Sequence record: PZ049721.1
From: a phage
Direction: 5' to 3' (one strand)
DNA: 12,385 nucleotides
A program made the position numbers and the translations under genes. Below the pieces are notes generated by a model that was given only the letters and a program-made list of their open reading frames with translations, had not been told where the DNA came from and made no database searches. Below are positions 1-7,127 of the stretch, one piece after another (the stretch's first letter is position 1; the number at the start of each line of letters is the position of its first letter).

Positions 1-431
1 TCACTTTCATTTTTTTTATTTATATTTGATTTCTTTTGACCTTCTTTAAGTTGTTCTAATGCTTCTGCTAATCTGTTTGGTACTGGTAATCCTAAAGCTG
101 TACAGTTTTCTAAGATACTGATACCTTCATTAGCTATATAAAAATAACAAATTAATGTTCTGAAAATCCAAGTACTATCATTTATTAATCTATCTAGTAA
201 TACAGCTACTATTAAAACTATAAGTATTACTGATTTCTTAGCTATCCCCTTAAATCCAGTATTAGAACTAAGCTTATCTGTTACATATCCTCTTAATAAT
301 CCTGTTAAGTAATCTATTAGCATAAATGCAACTAATACGCTTAATGCTATATCCCATCCCCCAAATAACCATGTAAGTAAAGTTCCAACAATTGCTGTTA
401 GTCCGCTTAGTCTTTCATCGTATATATTCAT
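1..431 (-). CDS. Holin, Phage_holin_4_1 (TcdE-like) family; 3'-partial, C-terminus runs off the window start
   Basis: ATG at 431-429 with AGGAGG SD 5 nt upstream (+ strand 437-442). Hand translation: MNIYDERLSGLTAIVGTLLTWLFGGWDIALSVLVAFMLIDYLTGLLRGYVTDKLSSNTGFKGIAKKSVILIVLIVAVLLDRLINDSTWIFRTLICYFYIANEGISILENCTALGLPVPNRLAEALEQLKEGQKKSNINKKNES... Three hydrophobic helices plus the NEGISILEN..LGLPVP..L motif recalled from TcdE/phage holins. Not in ORF track because there is no stop codon inside the window. Confidence 0.8.
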   Translation of the reverse strand, partial: MNIYDERLSGLTAIVGTLLTWLFGGWDIALSVLVAFMLIDYLTGLLRGYVTDKLSSNTGFKGIAKKSVILIVLIVAVLLDRLINDSTWIFRTLICYFYIANEGISILENCTALGLPVPNRLAEALEQLKEGQKKSNINKKNES

Positions 432-451
432 CTATTCCTCCTAAGTTATTA

Positions 452-480
452 TTAAAAAAGAACCTACTTTTGTAGGTCCT
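452..480 (-). terminator. Putative rho-independent terminator between 57-aa ORF and holin
   Basis: On minus strand: GGACCUAC-AAAA-GUAGGUUC (8-bp stem, one G-U pair; + strand 460-479) followed by U6 (+ strand A-tract 454-459). The 57-aa ORF stop codon (464-466) lies inside the stem. Confidence 0.5.
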
Positions 481-637
481 TAACTATTAGATTTTCATAA
501 CCTTTTTCTGTAAGAATTTCATTAACTTCATTTTGATATTTACTCCAATAAGAATCTGGAACAACTACTCTATATGGTAATCCTCCATTTTCCTCACCTT
601 TTATAATTTGGTCTGCTAAATATTTTGCACTGCTCAT
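464..637 (-). CDS. Hypothetical small protein (57 aa), not in supplied ORF track
   Basis: ATG 637-635 preceded by GGAGG SD with 9-nt spacer (minus: taGGAGGaataataatATG). Hand translation: MSSAKYLADQIIKGEENGGLPYRVVVPDSYWSKYQNEVNEILTEKGYENLIVKDLQK, stop TAG 466-464. Same strand and tight spacing as the operon. No recognisable family motif. Confidence 0.5.
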   Translation of the reverse strand: MSSAKYLADQIIKGEENGGLPYRVVVPDSYWSKYQNEVNEILTEKGYENLIVKDLQK

Positions 638-657
638 ATTATTATTCCTCCTATGAT

Positions 658-846
658 TTATATATTTTGTGACATGTTTTGCATTACTAATTCATTTACA
701 ATGTTTTGAGTTGAATCTACTTGCTCTTTTAAATCAGTATTTTCATTTCCTAGTCTTTGCATTTCTATTGCTATTGGTGCAAATACATGAGGGCAATTCT
801 TTGCTAGAAAGTCTATTGCTTCCTCTAAAGTCATAGTATTATTCAT
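658..846 (-). CDS. Hypothetical small acidic protein (62 aa); track ORF 658..879 trimmed to the SD-supported ATG
   Basis: Track ORF begins at GTG 879 directly abutting the upstream stop with no SD. The in-frame ATG at 846-844 has a strong SD (minus: aaaGGAGAtgtttttATG). Product: MNNTMTLEEAIDFLAKNCPHVFAPIAIEMQRLGNENTDLKEQVDSTQNIVNELVMQNMSQNI. No TM segment and no family recognised. Confidence 0.5.
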   Translation of the reverse strand: MNNTMTLEEAIDFLAKNCPHVFAPIAIEMQRLGNENTDLKEQVDSTQNIVNELVMQNMSQNI

Positions 847-879
847 AAAAACATCTCCTTTTTTGTATAAAAATAACAC

Positions 880-3321
880 CTACATTTGAGGTGCTTCTAA
901 TCTATCTAATCTTAATTTTGTATCTAATGTATTAAGTGCTACTGCAAAATTAGCTACATTAGTTTTATATACTTGATCTTGTAACTGTTTAATTTGATCT
1001 TGTATTGATTTTACTAAACTAGGTAAACTAGATGTTATTTTAAAGCTTGCAGGTGGAGCTATTACTCCAGAAAGTATTAACCATAAAGTTTCGTTATCAA
1101 AACTTTCTAATTCTAGTGGATTAACTTCATAAGTCTCACTTAAATTTTTTTCATATAAAAAATTAATATTATTATTAGTTAAATAAGTTTTCAATTGTTC
1201 AACAGTAGTTGCCTTTAATTTAGATAAACTTAAAACAACTCTTTGCATAGTATCATGTATTGCTATTCCCTCAACATCGTTCTTTATTAAATCGGCAATA
1301 CTATAAACTTTTAATTTATCACATAAACACTTTCCATTTTTCTTAAATAAGTTAGAATCTAATATAAATAAAGTTGTTTCTGCTCTTGAGGTACTGATAA
1401 TAAAGTTTTCAATCCCAACTAATGACATAATATCTATATTGCGAGTAAAAATATTATTTTCAATAGTATCGCAACTATTCAAGTCAATTCCTCTTAACTC
1501 TGTAACTGGCTTCCAATTTCCATCTGTATCTCTAAATAAAATTGGTTTTTTATCTTGTCTAAATGGCTTGTTTTTATTTTCGGGTAAACCTAGAAAAACG
1601 TTGCTTGCATCTTTGTAAATCCTAAATTTCACATATTCAGCATTTTTAGGTGGTGCAAATAACTCAACACTCGGTTTATCATAAATAACACTTATAAAGT
1701 TTTTATTTATATCATAAAAACATATCATAGCGTGTTTATCAAAAGATGTACCAGAATTACAATCAAATAATAAACTGTTAGATTTTGATGAATCTATTTT
1801 TATAAAATTAACCGTTCTTTTATAATCTGTTCCTGTTGTTGTATTTCCATTTGTTGAATTTAATCCACCTAATTCAAACACCCCGTCAAATAAATTTGCA
1901 TTATAATCTTTTGATAAAACTTCTATTTCACTTCCATTTCCAACTGATGTGATCCCGTAGAGGTTTAGGTTATTGTTCTGTGTAACATCACCAGTAAATA
2001 GACCAACATTATTAACTTTTATTGAACAAGTACACTTCGAACATGCAATACCTAACTCGATTTTAGCTATTGTCTTACCAACTTGCGATATGATTTTATT
2101 AGTTTTAACATATATCTTACCTGTTTCGTTTAAAACCTGTAAACCTGTTATATAAGCATCGGTACCATCAGTGAATGTTACTTTAGGCTGTGCATAAACT
2201 GTTCCTGTTGAACCCTCTTGTGACACAAACTTAGTTACATCTACATCATAATAAATGGTAAAATTATCTCCATGCACAAAAGATGTTCCAAACTCTCTTA
2301 ATGCAATATATGACCCACTTACCGTTGTATAATCTTCCCTAACCCAAGGAAGTTTAACAGTAGGTGATACTAGATTAATTATACTCTTACCACTTAGTTT
2401 TAAATCCTTCACAACTCCATTTTGAGTGTTTTTGCAAACTAAATAATTCTGTCCATTTGGCAACTCATAAGCAAAGTCTTGGCTTTCTTTCATATTATTC
2501 ATATCAACAACAAAATCTTTTAAAGACTTATCACCTACAATTAAATCAGATTTAAGTCTTTGCTCTAAAGTATCATGAACAACTCCGTTAGCATCTTTTC
2601 TAGCTTCCTTAACTTCTAAATCTTTAGTTCCAGCTGCTATAGCTCTATTAACATCAGTTATCTTTTCATCTGTCTTTGATACCATATTATCTATAGCAGT
2701 GTTAGTTTCAACCTTCATATTAACTATAGAATTACCAACTTGTTTAATCATTTCTGTTTTAGCAGTTTCAACTTCTTCTATCTTAGTATTTGCATTGCTA
2801 GTAGCTATATCTGCTTCATTAGCTGATCTATATGCATTATCAATAGCATCTGTTACATCAGTAATCATTGAATTGGCTTTGTTGAGTGCTAAATTAGCTT
2901 TGCTTGATGCTTCATTTGTACTATTTATAAGTTCTATAAGTATGGGATAATTTGTTTCAGCTTCTACACCATTTCCAGTAGTTAATCCCTGCCATATATC
3001 ATACATAACTGGAGGTGATTGAGCTACTCCACCATCTGCCCTATTAACTAATACTTCAAGTTTGTTAGTTCCAACTACCAATGAATTTGAAGGGAATACT
3101 ATATCTATTATCCCATTTTTAGCATCTACTAACTTACCAAATCCGCTTATTTCAATAGAATCTTTAGTAGTAAATGTGCAAGCAATACTACCCCCGGTAA
3201 AATCATCAGATCCACCAGTAACAAGTTTGCATCTCAAAGTATTATTTGTACTCAAATTACCCTGGTTAAAATAAATTATATCTTTATATAACCAAGGCTT
3301 AGTAAAATCTATTGTAAACAT
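880..3321 (-). CDS. Baseplate upper protein (BppU)-like tail fibre / putative receptor-binding protein, 813 aa
   Basis: ATG 3321 with SD aGGAAGTAGGTG and 5-nt spacer. N-terminal ~115 aa (MFTIDFTKPWLYKDIIYFNQGN...FTGGSI...DAKNGIIDIVFPSN...) fits my recollection of the BppU N-terminal domain. It is followed by an Ala/Asn/Thr-rich heptad-like linker (res ~130-250), a large Ser/Thr/Asn/Gly-rich beta-type region, and a C-terminal helical segment (SLVKSIQDQIKQLQDQV...). Position is directly downstream of Tal. Confidence 0.6.
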   Translation of the reverse strand: MFTIDFTKPWLYKDIIYFNQGNLSTNNTLRCKLVTGGSDDFTGGSIACTFTTKDSIEISGFGKLVDAKNGIIDIVFPSNSLVVGTNKLEVLVNRADGGVAQSPPVMYDIWQGLTTGNGVEAETNYPILIELINSTNEASSKANLALNKANSMITDVTDAIDNAYRSANEADIATSNANTKIEEVETAKTEMIKQVGNSIVNMKVETNTAIDNMVSKTDEKITDVNRAIAAGTKDLEVKEARKDANGVVHDTLEQRLKSDLIVGDKSLKDFVVDMNNMKESQDFAYELPNGQNYLVCKNTQNGVVKDLKLSGKSIINLVSPTVKLPWVREDYTTVSGSYIALREFGTSFVHGDNFTIYYDVDVTKFVSQEGSTGTVYAQPKVTFTDGTDAYITGLQVLNETGKIYVKTNKIISQVGKTIAKIELGIACSKCTCSIKVNNVGLFTGDVTQNNNLNLYGITSVGNGSEIEVLSKDYNANLFDGVFELGGLNSTNGNTTTGTDYKRTVNFIKIDSSKSNSLLFDCNSGTSFDKHAMICFYDINKNFISVIYDKPSVELFAPPKNAEYVKFRIYKDASNVFLGLPENKNKPFRQDKKPILFRDTDGNWKPVTELRGIDLNSCDTIENNIFTRNIDIMSLVGIENFIISTSRAETTLFILDSNLFKKNGKCLCDKLKVYSIADLIKNDVEGIAIHDTMQRVVLSLSKLKATTVEQLKTYLTNNNINFLYEKNLSETYEVNPLELESFDNETLWLILSGVIAPPASFKITSSLPSLVKSIQDQIKQLQDQVYKTNVANFAVALNTLDTKLRLDRLEAPQM

Positions 3322-3336
3322 ATATACACCTACTTC

Positions 3337-3471
3337 CTAATTGTAAGAATTTCCTGTTATCTTTGTATAATCTAGCTCATCGATTTTATTCAACATTACA
3401 AATTCTCTAACATCATCATCGTTATAAAATCCATCTATATAATTATCTTTTATAAAAACAAACCAATCCAT
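3337..3471 (-). CDS. XkdX-like small phage protein (44 aa), not in supplied ORF track
   Basis: ATG 3471-3469 lies 1 nt after the Tal stop (TAG 3475-3473) with SD-like GAAGGTAGGTG upstream. Hand translation: MDWFVFIKDNYIDGFYNDDDVREFVMLNKIDELDYTKITGNSYN, stop TAG 3339-3337 abutting the SD of the next gene. The W...Y..G.Y....V......KI....Y.KITG..Y pattern matches what I recall of the XkdX family (PF09693); assignment is from memory. Confidence 0.5.
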   Translation of the reverse strand: MDWFVFIKDNYIDGFYNDDDVREFVMLNKIDELDYTKITGNSYN

Positions 3472-3472
3472 A

Positions 3473-6400
3473 CTAAACACCTACCTTCGCAACTTCTAAA
3501 GCTAACATAGCTAAATTCTTTTTAGTTTCAATTAATTCTTTATCTTTTATAGCAATCTCTTTAGCCAAATCAGCATTAATTTGTTTTAATTTAATATTTT
3601 CCTCAAAACTATTTATAGTAGCTTCATTTGTATTTACTTTTATTATGTCATTTTCATCTATCATTGCAAAGCTAGTAGCTAATAGTCTATCTTTAAAAGC
3701 ATAATTAGATTGCAATGCTTGGTATACATTTGCATCATATATATTCCTACCTCCAAAATTCCAGTCGGCCTTATTCCAAACAAAGTCTGATGCAGAAATC
3801 CACAATGTTTCAGATACGTTTCCGAAAGAATCAGAAACTCCTATTCTAGTACCTCCTCCTCCATTTGCTGGTTGACCTCCAAGCTCCAAAAGGTTTCCAT
3901 CTCCCTTTACCAAACATCCATTACCTTTTGCAAACTTTATAGCATAAGCATTTTCAACTGACATATTAACCATATCTATTCCGCTTCTACATCTAATACG
4001 CTTAACATCTATATTTCTTTGACACGTTATATCTCCCCAAACTTCTATATCTTGAGTAACATGCAAGTTATTGTCTATATGTAAATTGTTATGAACATAT
4101 AAAGGGTACTTATTTATATGAGTTCCTTTCAATTGGTCGTCATGGTCGTAAAAATTAACCCTCAAGTAAGAAGTTGCATTATTAATATATTCAGTATCAT
4201 CTATAGCATTTGGCTGATGAGATATATCAAAAAATGCACAGTGCTTGGAAGTTGAAATTGCATTACCAAATATTTTAGAATAATCACTATTTCTAGTAGC
4301 TCCTATAAAAGACAGAAAGTTACCATCATCAAAGTTGTAAGTACAAATTTGTGATTTATCTATAGCTAATTTTCTAACTCCAAGAGGTGTTAAAAACTCT
4401 AATGCATCAGCTCCCCATCTGCTTTTATACTCATTGTTATAGGTTTGTTCTATTCCCTTGCCATTGAATTTCATATTAGTAACGTACATTTCATCAGAAG
4501 CAGGAACCCATTTTCCAGCTATGTTAGACTTAAAACACCTTAATTCGTTCACGTAACAATGCGCATACGGATACTTATCACTATCAACCCCATTATAACT
4601 AGCATATATGTAAAACTTCATCCAGTTAGCACCGCTTGGAACATCTACAGTATGATTTACAGCGCCTCTAACAACATCTAATTTAATTACATCTTTTCTT
4701 ATATCTGGATAAACTCCAAAACCTTCATATTTCTTAGAATAAAAGTGTATTTCGCAATACGTTTCCATAGCTCTCTCAAAAGAATAATCAAATGCTAAAG
4801 TATGTTTTTCTCCGCCTACAACTTTAATATTAGATGTTTGAAAACCTCCAGCACTTCCATAGTTAGAAACTGTAAATTGTAGATTAGGTTTTCCTTTAAA
4901 TAAAACTACATTGGGGCTACCAGTGTGCCCACCAGTATACATGTAATCTGTAGAATTAGTGCATTTGGAGTTTAAAATCTCATTAGTTCCTCCAGTTTGA
5001 GAAAAATTCATATTTATAAAATTGTTATTAGCTTCAAATTGAGATTTAGTTATAACATCTTCCTCTTTACCATCAATCATCATTTTAAAAACACTAGGCA
5101 TTAAGGTCATTCTTCCCCAGCTATCGATGTCAAATACACGCTTTCCGTTGCCATCTATAACAGAAGCTCCTTTTAGTTCTACCCAGTTAGCCTTTATAAT
5201 TCCAGCTTCCATGTAATCAGCTGAGAATATATTAGCAACCAAGTTTCCAACTCCTAGAGTAGAGAAATATTCTTCGAAATCATCTGATTTTTTAGTAGTA
5301 ACAGTTACTTGAGTACTAAACTCTGTACGATTTCCATGTGTATTTTTAGCGCAGACTCTAAAATACCAAGTTTCTGCAGGTTTAGCTTGGAATAAATGAG
5401 AACTAGATTGACCACTATGTATTAAATCAAATATATTAGGGGTAAAATCTTTAGTTTTAGAAGCGTATAATTCATAAGTGTAATAAACTTTATCTTCGAA
5501 AGTCCAACTCAAATCAACACTTCCCCAACCCTTTACAGTAGCGGTTAGAATAGGTGTATTAGGTAAGCTATCAGGAAAATCTCCTATATTACCGTCAGCA
5601 CCATCTTTACCAGGTGCCCCATCCTTTCCAGGAGGTCCTTGAGTTCCGCCACCGCCTATAATGTCACCTAAAGTTGTTCTGGGCTCACCAAGTTCCATGC
5701 TTTCGTATCGTTCTTTTACGAAGTCATATTTATACTTAATAACCTTAGCTTTAGTATCTACATTAAATCTTTTATCAATGATTCTAGCCGTAGCACATAA
5801 GCTTATCTTATCATTAGTACCTTCATATCCAACACATTTGGATAAAGGTATAAATTTAATTGTATAATTGCTTTTAGGTATATCTCTTTTGTTAATCTTA
5901 AATTCATCCTCACATAACTTATCAAGTTTCTCAACCGTAGGTATTTCACCATTTTTAAACTTGTCAGAGTAATCACGTCTACCCTCTATATTTATATAAG
6001 GATGTGCAAAATTTTCTATATAAGGGCTATCTATCCAGTTACTTTTAACTATAGTTTCTTTCCCACCCTCGGGAGTATATTTAGCAAAACCACCAACTCT
6101 AGTTTCGAGATCTGTTAAATCTCTTTCAAGTACAAAGTCAGTTAAGTTTTTACCGAACTCAATAGTCACCTCGTTATCATGACCTCTTTTATTAAGCACA
6201 TGAATATTAGTTCCATCCCTTAATATTTCAGCACCATTCCCGTAAGTGTCTATAATACTTCCTTCTTTACCAGCTATAGCATTAAGTATATTAACATTAT
6301 CTATCTTATAATTTTGAGCGTTAATAATGTCAGAATATCCTCGATAATGAGTTGAAAAGTGTGAGTTTCTAAATAAAGTATTTAAAGCATATTCACAACT

Positions 6401-6718
6401 AGCATTTTCTAAGTTTACATTTTCAACGTGATCATTGGCTAAGTCAAAACTTTCATGCCTTGCAAATACTGATATAACATTCTTCATAAGTAGTTTAGTA
6501 TCATATATCCTAAACTTTTGTAAGTTTTGTTCATCGTTCGGCTTAACCTCTATCATATTTTCATTTATTAACAAATCTGATAAAGGGTAATTATTCGGAT
6601 AATCGAAAGAAAGTTCAAATATCCCGTTTCTTTCTTCCTCTACATATCCACTATCTATAATATCAACTAATTCACCAAGCTTTACTTTTCCAGTCTTGTC
6701 ATACAGTATAGGTATCAC
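3473..6718 (-). CDS. Tail tip protein Tal-like (phage minor structural protein / Prophage_tail N-terminal domain), 1081 aa, with collagen-like and FN3-like modules
   Basis: GTG start 6718 overlapping the Dit stop (GTGA) with GGAGGTG SD 5 nt upstream. N-terminus MIPILYDKTGKVKLGEL...EERNGIFELSFDYP is typical of Gram-positive siphophage Tal N-termini. Residues 355-379 GGGGTQGPPGKDGAPGKDGADGNIG are Gly-X-Y repeats; residues ~383-475 show an FN3-type pattern (P..P..L.....S..LSW....Y.Y......T.YFRV.A.N..G). Large beta-rich C-terminal half ending in a short helical/coiled segment. Sits directly after TMP and Dit. Confidence 0.7.
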   Translation of the reverse strand: MIPILYDKTGKVKLGELVDIIDSGYVEEERNGIFELSFDYPNNYPLSDLLINENMIEVKPNDEQNLQKFRIYDTKLLMKNVISVFARHESFDLANDHVENVNLENASCEYALNTLFRNSHFSTHYRGYSDIINAQNYKIDNVNILNAIAGKEGSIIDTYGNGAEILRDGTNIHVLNKRGHDNEVTIEFGKNLTDFVLERDLTDLETRVGGFAKYTPEGGKETIVKSNWIDSPYIENFAHPYINIEGRRDYSDKFKNGEIPTVEKLDKLCEDEFKINKRDIPKSNYTIKFIPLSKCVGYEGTNDKISLCATARIIDKRFNVDTKAKVIKYKYDFVKERYESMELGEPRTTLGDIIGGGGTQGPPGKDGAPGKDGADGNIGDFPDSLPNTPILTATVKGWGSVDLSWTFEDKVYYTYELYASKTKDFTPNIFDLIHSGQSSSHLFQAKPAETWYFRVCAKNTHGNRTEFSTQVTVTTKKSDDFEEYFSTLGVGNLVANIFSADYMEAGIIKANWVELKGASVIDGNGKRVFDIDSWGRMTLMPSVFKMMIDGKEEDVITKSQFEANNNFINMNFSQTGGTNEILNSKCTNSTDYMYTGGHTGSPNVVLFKGKPNLQFTVSNYGSAGGFQTSNIKVVGGEKHTLAFDYSFERAMETYCEIHFYSKKYEGFGVYPDIRKDVIKLDVVRGAVNHTVDVPSGANWMKFYIYASYNGVDSDKYPYAHCYVNELRCFKSNIAGKWVPASDEMYVTNMKFNGKGIEQTYNNEYKSRWGADALEFLTPLGVRKLAIDKSQICTYNFDDGNFLSFIGATRNSDYSKIFGNAISTSKHCAFFDISHQPNAIDDTEYINNATSYLRVNFYDHDDQLKGTHINKYPLYVHNNLHIDNNLHVTQDIEVWGDITCQRNIDVKRIRCRSGIDMVNMSVENAYAIKFAKGNGCLVKGDGNLLELGGQPANGGGGTRIGVSDSFGNVSETLWISASDFVWNKADWNFGGRNIYDANVYQALQSNYAFKDRLLATSFAMIDENDIIKVNTNEATINSFEENIKLKQINADLAKEIAIKDKELIETKKNLAMLALEVAKVGV

Positions 6719-7125
6719 TTAACCACCTCCATACAACTAAACTTAAAGCTTACATCAAATATTCCCTTAAGTCTTTCTTCCATAGCGACTCCACCAACTA
6801 CGATAGCTTCATATTCAGTTTTATCGTTACTAAACTTTAAAGGTTTGTACTTAACTTCACCAACAAGCCAATCATTAAATTTATCACACATCACACTAGG
6901 ATCAACCCCATCACAAATCAGATAACCTTTTACATTTACATCCTTGCTTTTTCTTCTCTTATTATCAACTAATAAATCTCCATCTCTACCCATAACTTCC
7001 ACTAATTCAAAATCATTCTCGAAAGATTTTAAGTTATCAGCTTCAAAAGCAAAATTAAAAAAAGTGCTAGAAGTAGCACCATATATAAAACTATCTAATT
7101 CAGTTATATTTTTATACCATTGCAC
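6715..7125 (-). CDS. Distal tail protein (Dit)-like, short form (136 aa; N-terminal ring domain only)
   Basis: GTG start 7125 with perfect AGGAGGTG SD (7-nt spacer) encoded in the last TMP codons. Motifs ...EVMGRDG... and ...WLVGEVKYKPLKFSNDKTEYEAIVVG... resemble the conserved PGRDG and L.F.D.P..Y.A blocks I recall from Dit N-domains. Lies between TMP and Tal. Far shorter than the usual ~250 aa. Confidence 0.5.
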   Translation of the reverse strand: MQWYKNITELDSFIYGATSSTFFNFAFEADNLKSFENDFELVEVMGRDGDLLVDNKRRKSKDVNVKGYLICDGVDPSVMCDKFNDWLVGEVKYKPLKFSNDKTEYEAIVVGGVAMEERLKGIFDVSFKFSCMEVVK

Positions 7126-7127
7126 TA

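Noticed and set aside
1-431. TcdE-like holin as a sign of a toxin secretion locus
   Set aside because: This holin family is common in ordinary clostridial phage lysis cassettes; the gene sits at the end of a tail module, and no toxin gene is visible in the window.
658-879. GTG start at 879 for the 73-aa track ORF
   Set aside because: The GTG directly abuts the BppU-like stop with no SD, whereas the in-frame ATG at 846 has a strong GGAGA SD at ideal spacing; the shorter 62-aa product is preferred.
880-6718. Diversity-generating retroelement targeting the tail fibre genes
   Set aside because: No reverse transcriptase ORF and no obvious template/variable repeat pair are visible in the window; it cannot be excluded outside the window.
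3473-6718. Calling the 1081-aa protein a tail endopeptidase or lysin
   Set aside because: Only the N-terminal Tal-type domain, a collagen-like run and an FN3-like domain are recognisable; no catalytic motif was seen, so the enzymatic label is unsupported.
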